Below, in pieces: positions 28,431-39,799 of a DNA stretch of 64,000 nucleotides (position 1 is the stretch's first letter; each line of letters begins with the position of its first letter). The notes beneath the pieces were generated by a model. It did no database searches, was not told the origin of the DNA, and was given only the letters and a program-made list of their open reading frames with translations. Both the position numbers and the translations under genes were made by a program. The DNA is taken from the NCBI GenBank assembly GCA_010405405.1, contig MU004233.1, positions 1,738,566 to 1,802,565 of the forward strand, in the 5' to 3' direction. This stretch comes from Microthyrium microscopicum. Taxonomy: Eukaryota.

Positions 28431-31400
28431 TATTACTAAATTAGTATTAAGATTTATACTACTCTAAGTAAAACTAGGATAACTTAAAGTTAAAAATAAT
28501 TTAGTATATATAGTAAAGGAAGACTTAATATATATAGTTTCATCATCTAAAGTTATAGATGGCGCTAGGTATAGTTCTATACCTTAAGAGTTGCTATAAA
28601 TATACCTTATATATAGATATTATTAGTTAGACTCCCTAATTTAAGGCGAATAGATAGTAGATTATAGTAGCTTAGACCCCCTACTTTAAGGTAGATAGAT
28701 AGTAGATTATAGTTAGGCATAGGCTAGAGGACTATATAGGAATATATAGCTTAATATTGCGCTAGACTATAGCTTAATATAGTCTAATTTAGATTCTATT
28801 CTAGTAACTATTAGAGGAAGGAGAGAGTTAATCTATAAAAAGTTAGATAACTTAATATATAGATATATTTAATATATATATATATGCTCTTAACTTACAC
28901 TAGTAGTAGTTAATCTAGAGTCTTCTATTATTAGTAATTAAGAATAAATTTAATTGTTCTTATAGAAAATAGGAGTAAGATTTAATAAAGAGCTTAATTA
29001 ACGATCTAAGTTAAAAAGATTTATATCTAAGTCTAATAATAAAGCTATTAACTATTATAGGTAGTAGCTATTTATAAGCAAAATAGGGTATTAATATAAT
29101 ATTTAATAAAGAAAAGGATTAATAAGCATAATAAACTATAATAATAGATAAGTTAGTTTTATAGAGTATAGAATATACTTAATATAAAGATAAATATTTT
29201 AAAATAGTATATAAGTTCTTTTAGCCTTTTCTATTAGCTAGTTATGCCTTCTACCTAGTATTCTTAGCGTATTAATTAGCGTCCTATATACATAGCTTTA
29301 AAAAGTTTTAGCCTTTTCTACAAGTAATAAATAGCTCTAGATCGCGTATACTTTAATACTCCTTATACTCTAGTAAATAAAAAGCAACTATATACGTAAT
29401 GCTACTTTTGTAGGCTCTAATATCGTAGCATATATAGCGTGCTAGAATAAGTATATAGCCTTATAAGTATACAATATAAGATAACTACTTAGATATTTAT
29501 AACTTGATATATATATATAAAGTAGTAGATAGCTTTTTTCTTTTAGTATATACTCTAATACTATCTTGACAAGCTACTATATAGTATAATATATATATTT
29601 AGGTACCTATTAATATAAGGCATATAAGTAATACTTTAAAGACTAGTATTTTAAATTAAGGAACCGTAGGTTATTTGTAGTATAAATATAAAAAACTAAA
29701 CTATTTTTAGAAACGTATATATACTATTTCTACTATTATTTTTGCTTATGATACTTGTTATATTTAAAGCAGACTAGCACTAAATTTTTAGTAATTTTAA
29801 ACACCTCTTAGCTAATTTAAGCAATATCCTACATCTTATCCTTCTATTTTTAACAGTAAGTTAGCATAGTAGATAAAAAATTTCTAACTATTTAAGATAT
29901 ACATATAGGCGTTAGGTTAACATAGTATATAACTTTAGCAACCTTAGAATATTAGTACGTTAGAATATGCTTTAACGATATAAGTTAAATAGAATCAATA
30001 TTAATAATATATAATATACAACTTCTAGCACTAAATATTAAGTTAGACAAGGCCTAAGGGTTAGATATAATTAATATAGACAGCTTTTACTTAAGACACT
30101 TATTATATAATTTACTTAGTTTTTAGTGTTTACGTATAAATTCCAAGGTACTTATATTAAATTTTATCCTACTAGCTGCTAGTCTAAGTCTACTATCATA
30201 TAAATAGATTATCTTAAAATAACTTAATTTATATTTATTGTCTAATCTTTCCTAAAAGGAACTATAACTAAAGTTAGCATATTGTTACGTTTAATAATTA
30301 TTTTATATCTATATAGCCTTACCATCTAATATATAGGCTTTTAATATATAGAATAACTTATTAATTAGATACCTCTCCTTGCGCTTAGTAGAAGCAAGGT
30401 TTAGTGTAATAGGTAAATGTATATTATACTTAATAGTTACTAAATATAACCTAAGTATATATATTTTATATTATTATCTCTAGTATATAGTTATTATTAT
30501 TACTTACTCTACTTCTTATAGGTATTTTGCTATATAAGATATAGTAATTAATATCTATATAATAAGCTTCTATATCGTTTAACGCCTAGAAAAATAAGCT
30601 TAGATTCTAACTAGTTAGTTAGTATACATATTAAAGTTCTAATATTATCTTTATTCATAGGCTTAAGGGTAGGACTTTAGGAATAGATAGGATGCTATAT
30701 AGACTATACTATACCTTAAAGTTTTTAGTATAGATATTATCTAGGATAAGTAGTAGTTAGTAGATATAACTTTATTTTTTAATATATAATATAATTAGTA
30801 TATATACATAATTCCTTACTCTTAGCTATACTTTTACTAGGTATTATAAGTAGTATAGATATTAAAATAGTAGTAGTATTATATAATAGAAGGAAAAGTA
30901 AGTAATGTTATATATATATATATAGAGGTATAGAGTACCCTTTACTATATTAAATACTCTAATAAGAGATAAAGAGTAACTAGATATATATCTATAAAGT
31001 ACTATACTACTATATACTTATTAAGTATACTATCCTTATAAGTAAATTATAAGGGAGTTTACGCGTTAGTATTAACTCTATGCTATCCTTAAATTTACTC
31101 CTATCTATATACTAGAACTATATAACAATTTTTATAGTATTATTATAAGCGTAGTTTAGCATAGCAACTACTTATACCTTATTATTACGCCTATTTAATA
31201 GCTACCTAGTATATATAACTTCTATAAAGCACTATCTAGATTAGAGCCAAAAGGAGAGGCTTGCATTATAAATAAGAAGCATACCTAACTACTACTAGTA
31301 GGCTAGGTATATTATCTAGGAAAGTAGTTATTTAACTACGTTAGTAGTATATAGCTCTAAATATACGTTAATACAAGATACTAGCTAATTATTTAAAGCT

Positions 31401-32778
31401 AACCTAATAGGAATTAATAAGGCTTTTAGCCTACTACTAAGGTAGTTAGTTTAGTTTAGTATAGAGGAGTTAAGACATAGTATAGTTAGAGTAAAATATT
31501 TAGTAAAAGGCTATATAGTCTAGAATATATAAGTTTATAATAATTTAAGGTATATTATTAAAACTATATAATTTATAAGCTACTAATATTACTAGAGAGC
31601 TAATTATTAGTATACTACAATGCTCTATCCTATAAAGGGAAAATACTAAATTAAGATTAAATATACAAGAGTAATATAATATAATTAGGCTAATAAGTCA
31701 GTAGGATTAACCGTTTTAGCGTCGTTAAAGCATTACTAATTTAGACTATAGCGTTAGTAAAGAGAGAGTTATACGCTAAAGATATATTCTATATTCCCTA
31801 GATAATAGTCTTGCCTTAAAAATTTAGAAACAAATATACTACTAGCGCACTAGGAAATTTTAGCTAGCAGCTAATAGTTCTATAGCTAAGAGTTAGGTAA
31901 TAGTAGCTAAAGTACTAGAAAAGGCATAGCAGCCTACCTATTTAGTTTTAAATAAGCCTTAACTAGCTAGGAACCCTTTCTACCCTATAGATTTAAAACT
32001 TATAGAACGCACAAGCTAGTTATAAGTAACTAGTGCCTAACTACCTCTCTTATAATATAGCTACATTATTTATATAGCATTAATATTATATAACGTAAAG
32101 AAGGCTAATTTAATAGAACAAGCTACTAAGTTAACTAGGTTAATATAGGTCAGCCTATATATAATAATTTAGTAAGAAAAAGGCAAACTTATTAATATTG
32201 CGCTCTATTAATTACGCGTTATTACGTAAGTAAGTAAGGCTTACTACTACTCTCTATTTTATATAGGTATATATAAGTATCTACTTTACTAATAGTAGAC
32301 TAGTTGCATTGTTTATAATCTACGTAGTATATAACTTAATAGGTAATAGAATAATATATTATAATAAGTATTTTTGCATTTAAGGTAACTAAATAAATTT
32401 ATATACTATTATTCTAACTCTTACAAATATAACTAGTTAATAATAGCTTATTATTTCTACGTTAACTTTTTGTTTAAAGTTTAATTCCTCTTATTAGTTA
32501 TAATATAAGTAAAGACGATTAAGTATAACATAAATAGGTTAATTAGGATTAAACGTTATATTAATAGCGCTACTATTTTAAATATTATCCTTACTAGGTA
32601 GGAATACTACTAAGCAGCTATAAGTACGTAACTTGTCTTAGACTATTAACTTTTAAAGTACGCGTTGTTTTAATATTTACTTAACTACTATTTTATATAC
32701 CTTTATAATAATAAGATAGTATATTAATTAGTACGTAGTCTAGACGCTATATTTCTAATAGTATTTAGGTTTTACTAC

Positions 32779-33278
32779 TAAATAAATAATATTAACACCC
32801 TATTGCTATCCTAGTATCTACTAATCTTATAGCTTTAAATTTTATATATTAAAATACTAGCTTTATAGCTATCCTTAGCAATAAATTAGAGCATTAATTA
32901 GTAATGTATTAATTAATATAATACGCAAAGAATATTTAGGTACTACTAGCTTAGAATAGTTAGGGATTTTAATATAATTAGTCCTCTAGTTATTTTAATA
33001 TACCTAAGTATAATAACGTAGTAAGGCATAGGCCGTTAGATAGTTAGTCCTTATAGTATTTTTAAGGAATATAGTATAGTTAAGTATAGAACTTAAATAA
33101 ATATTATTAACGCCCTATTACTATCCTAGTATCTACTAATCTTATAGCCTTAAATCTTATACATTAAAATACTAGCTTTGTAGCTATCTTTAGTAGTAAA
33201 CTAGAGTATTAATTAGTAATATATTAATTAATATAATACGTAAAAAATATTTAGGTACTACTAGCCTAAAATAGTTAG
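32779..33278. repeat. Direct duplication of ~185 bp (32779-32963 and 33094-33278), offset 315 bp
   Basis: CCCTATT(G/A)CTATCCTAGTATCTACTAATCTTATAGC…AGGTACTACTAGC occurs twice, differing mainly by transitions. Confidence 0.92.
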
Positions 33279-33593
33279 TATAGTTTAGTATAGATAATAG
33301 CTATAATATAATATATTAGGGCTAACACTACCCTAGATAGATAAAGGATAAAGTATACCTTATATAGAATTATTAAATTATTAAGGAAAGGTTAGGAAAT
33401 ATATAAAAGCTCTAGCTACGTACGTACTTACTAATTTGTCTTTAATTATTAACCATTCTTAAAGCTCTTTAAGATTAATATCTTATTTTATTATTTACTA
33501 CCTACTTACTAATTTCGTCTCTACTATTTTATTTCTACCTTATTAATTAAGGTCTTTCTTATAAGTAATTTACCCTTTCTTAATATATTTAAT

Positions 33594-36500
33594 ATGTTTT
33601 TAGTTAAATTTAACAAAGCCTTTACCTATTTAGTAAAGTATTAAGTTATTATCTATAAATAATATTATTGTACTATCATTCCTTTAGTAGTATATGAGCA
33701 TCTTTAATTAGCCTATGTCTTAAAACTTACTCCTAAAGTGTAAAAGCATATTAGTAAGCATATTAAGAGAATGTCTAACTTAGCAATACAACTAAATAAA
33801 GTTGTTTTTCCTCTTATTATTAAACTATTAATTCGCTAACTTAATGCCCCTAAAGCTAATAAATTTAAATATAAATACCTAACCGTAAATAATAACCTAG
33901 ATAGTTAACTATTTATTTATAATTATATAGGTAGTACTAAACGTACTATACATATATACTTTAAGAAATAATATTAATAGAGCAACCCTAGACGCTATAG
34001 CTAACTATTAGCTAGCATAGAAGATAAAGTAAAGGATATATTCTAGAATAGTAATATTTACTACTAGTCATTTTTTAAACCTAGCAAATAGTAGAGATAC
34101 TTTATTATTATGCCTATTTCTAATTAAGATACGCTTAAAACTTCTTATACTACTACTAAGCTACTATTTATAAGGACTATTATAGATAGGCAAAAAGTAT
34201 TTAAAGATAAGTAGGAAGAGGCTTTATAAGCGTAAGCAGTAGTTAACGCCTAGCCAAAGAGCTAATTCAAGTTAAATACGTAGCTTAGACGTACTAAGTA
34301 GACTTAACATTTTAATAGATTTAAATTATTCTAGTTAATTAGTCTAGCTTAAGAACCCAACATAGCTAAAGTTATTTTGATTAAAGCATACAAAGTAATT
34401 AAGAATATTATATAGGCATCTATAAAATATACAAAGCAAGCTAGTAAGAACATAATAATACTACTTAAGAATAAGGAATTTAGTAGTAGGCTAGTTATCT
34501 TTTACGCTAGACATAAAAGTAATACTATTATTACCTATAGTAAGAATTAGAAATCTATATTTTGCTACATTTAGAGAACTTAGCAGTTATTACCTAATAA
34601 GCCTAAGTCTATTAAAAAAGATAACTACGCTAATACTTAAAAATGCTATTCTCCTTATTAGCTAATATCCTCCTAGGAGAAGCTACTTTATAGCCTTAAG
34701 TCTTTACTTAGTAATAGTTATGTATCTAATCCTAATATTAACTTAGAGTCTAGCTAGGAGAATATTCTATACTAAACTATATTAAACTTTTAGATTTTTC
34801 TTCTAGATAATTAAATTAAGAATAATAACTTTTAAAGCGCACTAGTTAGTAGGCTTGCTATACTTAGAGTTCATAAGTAAAATAGTAGCTAGACGTTAGT
34901 ATAATATTATACGTTACGCTTTTTTGCTATTATAATAATCGCGCGTATACTTATATACTATAAAGCTATAGAGATTTATTAGCATAATATTTAAATTGTT
35001 ATAAAAGATAGAGGCATCAGCTAAGTGTAGGCTAAAGAACTCTAAATTATACTAGAAACTAGGACTAAAGTACAACAAATATATAGAAAGTTTATAATAG
35101 TTGTAACCTTTAATAGCTAGCTAAGCCTAATAAACTATATTCTTTATCTATAGAGCTATAGTATAGTAGCTAGTTAAAATACTAATTAGGCTAAGTTTAT
35201 TAAATAGGATAGGGATAAGCTCCTATTTAGCCTAATATTATTTAGTATAAGTTAGTATTACTCTATAGTTTATAGGACACTAGATTCTTATTAGTATATA
35301 CTATATTAGGATATCTTATTATTACTACTTAATTATATAGCTAATAACTCTCTTAAGCTACTAGTTGAGTTATTTAGAGAACTACTATTAATCTTATAGA
35401 ATGCCTTACAAGACGACTACTTGGAGACTAAAATTAGCTAGAATTTCTTAAATAACCTAGCTAATAAGATAAGTATTAATAGAAGAAGCTAGCTCTTTTA
35501 ACGCATTATATAAACTTTAAAACTATACAAATTCTTTATTAATATTAGTAATTTTAAGGACGTAGATAGATCTTTAGGTAGCCTAACTATAACCTTAATT
35601 AGTCTTAATAGATCTTTTAGATAGAACATTGCTTACTTTACTAAGTACCTAAGAGCTATTTAGAAATTTAAAGAAATACTTTTAATATTAATTTATATTA
35701 CCTCTAGTGCCCTAGCTAGAAGTATAGAACTTATTTTTGTATAATACGTTAATAGTGCTACTAAGGATTATAGAATTTTTATACATAAAAATACTCTAGT
35801 CTTTTTAACTAGATACTATAAAAATATAGCTAAGAGTAGCTAGGCTAAACTTATATATTAATATCTTAGTTAAGAGGTAGTAAGCCTATTAGTTTATTAT
35901 CTCTAGCTTATACTACCCTTTTAGGAAACTATTAAGGTTTTATACAACTAGCTTCTATTTAATAACCTATATATCTAAAAGCCTTAAGAAGAAGCCAAGA
36001 AGCAACGTACATAGACACAACAGCAAGCTTCTAACAAGAGGACTTACTAGCAATATTTAAGCAATAATAACAATTCCAATAGTAATAAAGATAGCCAAGA
36101 TAGCGCAGCCTTAAATCTATCTAGTAACAGCAAACCTTCATTATCTTTGTTACAAAGTTTCTCTTAGTCTAATACTTCCTTAGGTTCATCTACTATAAAT
36201 ACCTAAGAAACGTACTTTAAAAGGGTTAAGAGTTTACTTTTTTAGTTTATAAACAACTTATACTCTACTTTATAAATACACTATATTATAATTAAGCTAT
36301 TTACTAAGTAGACTAGGCGTCTTATTAATATACAAAAATAGAAGTATATAGCTATTACTATTACTCATCAAAAGCTTATATTTTACCCTAGAGATGCTAA
36401 AAAGTTAATAAAGTATATCTACCTACAAAATTACGAACTAGATACTATAGAAAGCGATCCAATAGACCTTTAAGCTATACACACTACTAAGACGGCTAAA

Positions 36501-39280
36501 GGCATCTATACTAGACATACATCTAACTATCCTAAAGCAGTTATGTTACATATAGCTAACTTCTATTATATAAGTACTTAATAGCATGCCCTAGGTAGAC
36601 TTAGTAGTTACGTAACACTATAATATAATGCGACTAAGCTACTACTAGTCATCTAGCTAGTATATCTCTAGTTACTCTAATCGCATAGCTAACATAAATA
36701 AGCCTCCCGCTAGCAATAACAATCGCTATTAGACTTACAGGACGAATTACAATTATTATTGCATTCTAAAGACGCAATCTTCCGTAGTAATTAAGAGTAT
36801 GTACTAAAAGATGTGCTTACTTAAAAGAGTTTAATTCTATATATAATAGGAATAAGTAGTAGTAAGAGTTTAAGTTTTATGCTCCTAGTATACTCTATTA
36901 GAGAAGTTATAGTAGTTATTATACTTCTTATCTCTCTATGCTAAGATTTATTTAAGCGATATATATTAGCTAGGATTAACTATATTAAGTAGAGCTATAC
37001 TTATCTATAAGACTAAGCTTTAATTGTTCTAGTTACGCCTAAGATAGTAATATCTATAGCGTTTTAATTTTTTCTTAATTATTAACGTATTCTTAGTCGC
37101 CTAGACTATATTATTATTAATAAGTATTACGTTATACTTAAGGCTAGAAATAAAGACAACTTATAGAGAAAAGTATACCTATTACTTAATAAGTTAGTAA
37201 CTCTTAAGGTCTAGTTACTTTATCTTACTATAACTCTCTTACCTAGTTAAATAGAGGAATTTAAGCACTTTATTAGCCTTTAAAGTTCTAATATTCTACT
37301 ATATAAATAAAGAGAGTCTACATAGTAGTCAAACATTAAGTATTAAGAAATTATATATTAACTAGAATAGTAGGACGACATAGTAGCTTAAATAGTTAAT
37401 AAGTTACTTAAGTGTTTTAAAATTGGCACTATACTTATTTACTACGATATAGTTGCTATAGCTAAATAACTAGAGAATCTTCTTAGCTATCTTACCTACT
37501 ATAAGAATATTAGTAATACCTAAGTTAAGTAGCATATTATATAGTAGCTACATAATAGCGAAAAATCTATCTATACTATAACTTCTATAGCTAGATTGGG
37601 TCTTTACCTACCTAATATTTAGGCTATTCTCTATATTAGTATTATAGTTAATATAATAGCTTAGCTATAAGAAAGTAGCTATAAAGATAGAGATAGCTAG
37701 CTTTGTCTATCTATAGTTATTTACGTAATATATAGCTATATAGGACGCCTAAAGCAAATAAGCTAATATCTTAAAAATTATTAGAAAGGTTCTTAGAAGA
37801 TAGATTAACTCTTAATAGATTTATTTTTCTTAATAAATAAATATTACAAACAATATATTATAGGTAGCTATATTGACGGCTTTTAGAACATTAGAATTTA
37901 GTATAGATTAGGTAAAGACGTTCTATATAGCTAATGCTAGCTTAAATAGACTATTACTAATATTAATAAAGAGTTTTAATAGGTTAGCTAATAATAGAAA
38001 CATAAGATAGATAACGAAGATTCTACTTCTAGTATAATAGTATTAGATTATATACATAATACTAAGACTAATATTAGTAAGTTAGTTCTTATATCTAATT
38101 CCTACTACTATAGTAGCATCTTCCTTTATAAGATAAATACTAACTACTATGCCTTAAATAGTTATATAATAGTATCTAGATAATAGTCTTAATAGCTTAG
38201 AAGATTTCTACGTAGTTAACTCTCTAGTTCTTAGTCTAGATTAGCTAAGATATAGTTACTATGCTCCTCTAGTTATACCTATAATTTTAGAACTAACTTA
38301 CTCTGAACCCTCTAGCTCTAACGATTCTAAATTAGATAGCTTTAAGACTAATACTATACTAGACTTATTATCTAGCCTACTAGTATCTATAGCGTAGCTT
38401 AGGCTAAACGAAAGTAATTAAGCATTGTTTTGTTATCTTACTTAGCATAATATACCTTATAAATTACTACTAATACTAGGCTTATTATTTTTATAATCCT
38501 TAAAGACTTTGCTACTTAGTTGTTCTTTTCTAGTTATCTTACTTATATTCTTTCTATTAACTATATTATTATATACTAGCTTTAAATTTATAAGACTTAT
38601 ATTATTACTTAGTTTTAATACTATAACTATTATAAATATATACTAAGATTTTAGTAGTAGTAATCTAAAGCTAGATATGCTTAATTTTTAAATTACCTAA
38701 GAAAAGACTAAGGCTACTAAATAACACTTAAGCTAGCTATATTAGCAAAGCGTAAAGGATAGTAGCCTTTACTATAAGTTAATAAGTTAGCGTCTACATA
38801 ATTAGGCAAATAGTTACTTACTTTACTATCTCTTTAGCAAACCCTTATATAATAATTATACTTTAAAGAGCTATAATAAATTTAGGATTTCCTAGGTCTA
38901 TGCCTTTATTAAAAAGATTAGCTCTATTAAATAGGAAGATTATAGTAGATACTAACGTTGCTAAGTTTCTTAATATTTTTATAACAAGTAGGAGCTAAAC
39001 TAATTATAAAGCTATAAGTTCTAAAAAACTAGTACTAATAAAGAATATTAGTATTAGTAGCTATTATCTATAGTATGTGCTACTATACTAACGTTAAAAT
39101 AGGAAAAGGTTTATAAATAGTTAGTAGGTAAGATAATTAGTAATAATACTCTATAAACTCTTAATATTAATCTAATAGAAACGGAAATATAGAACTAGTT
39201 AGGATAGAAAGTTAAGATAGATAATAAGCTAGAAACGTCTAAGATAGCTATAATATTTATATAGTTTACTTCTTAAGTAG
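33594..39280 (+). pseudogene. DUF3505 Zn-finger + tyrosine-recombinase-like region + RecQ helicase fusion (telomere-linked-helicase-like), RIP-inactivated
   Basis: ATG at 33594: MFLVKFNKAFTYLVKY*VIIYK*YYCTIIP…YEHL (VICKQCHC…HL). LIYITSSALARSIEL (~35690-35732; HITSGAPARGTEL). RecQ motifs: FRSN*E…IGISSSKSLSFMLL (36780-36888; FRG.Q…MGTGGGKSLSFMLP), LDYIIINKYY (37101-37130; LDRIVIDECH), LTITLLP (LTATLPP), GLYLPNI, *ESSYKDRD (QESGR.GRD). A Zn motif (…YIDG…C..C) and a C-terminal YSGC..C….FCNKW follow. Confidence 0.92.
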
Positions 39281-39799
39281 TAGTTTATAGCTAATATTAT
39301 AATTATTATCTATTATTTATTATTATTGCCTAGTATTTAAATACTTAATAATACTTAGACTACGTAATATTATATATAGTATCTTGTATTTTTTATTATA
39401 GAGCCTAAATAAAATATAAAATAGGCAAGTTTTACTAGTATATATACTTATAATATTTAGGAGACTCTATAATATTTATAAACTATCTTTACGCGTCTCT
39501 ATAATAATAATAAAGGCTATATTTATATTTTAAAAAGCTATATAGTTAATAAGTTTTCTATACTTCTTCTTATCTTTTTCTTATTTCTTCCTCTCTCTCT
39601 CTTTTTTTCTTTTCCTAGATAAATATACCTACCCTATCTAAATATTATCTTCTCTTCTTTAGCACTAGGGGTTAGTATATATTTAATATACTAAGCTATT
39701 AACTAAAGCTAAGTATTATAGTACCGTAATATCTTTAGCTAATTACTAGTATTTATATAAATACTTATAGAAAACTAGCTAAAGATAGAAGTAATATAC

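Noticed and set aside
25900..32300. Further coding relics (26.0-26.8 kb minus, 29.2-30.6 kb minus, 31.0-32.3 kb plus); similar relics at 4.7-6.6, 12.1-12.9 and 43.2-44.1 kb
   Set aside because: They look protein-like, but frame, boundaries and identity could not be fixed by eye, so they are not listed as features.
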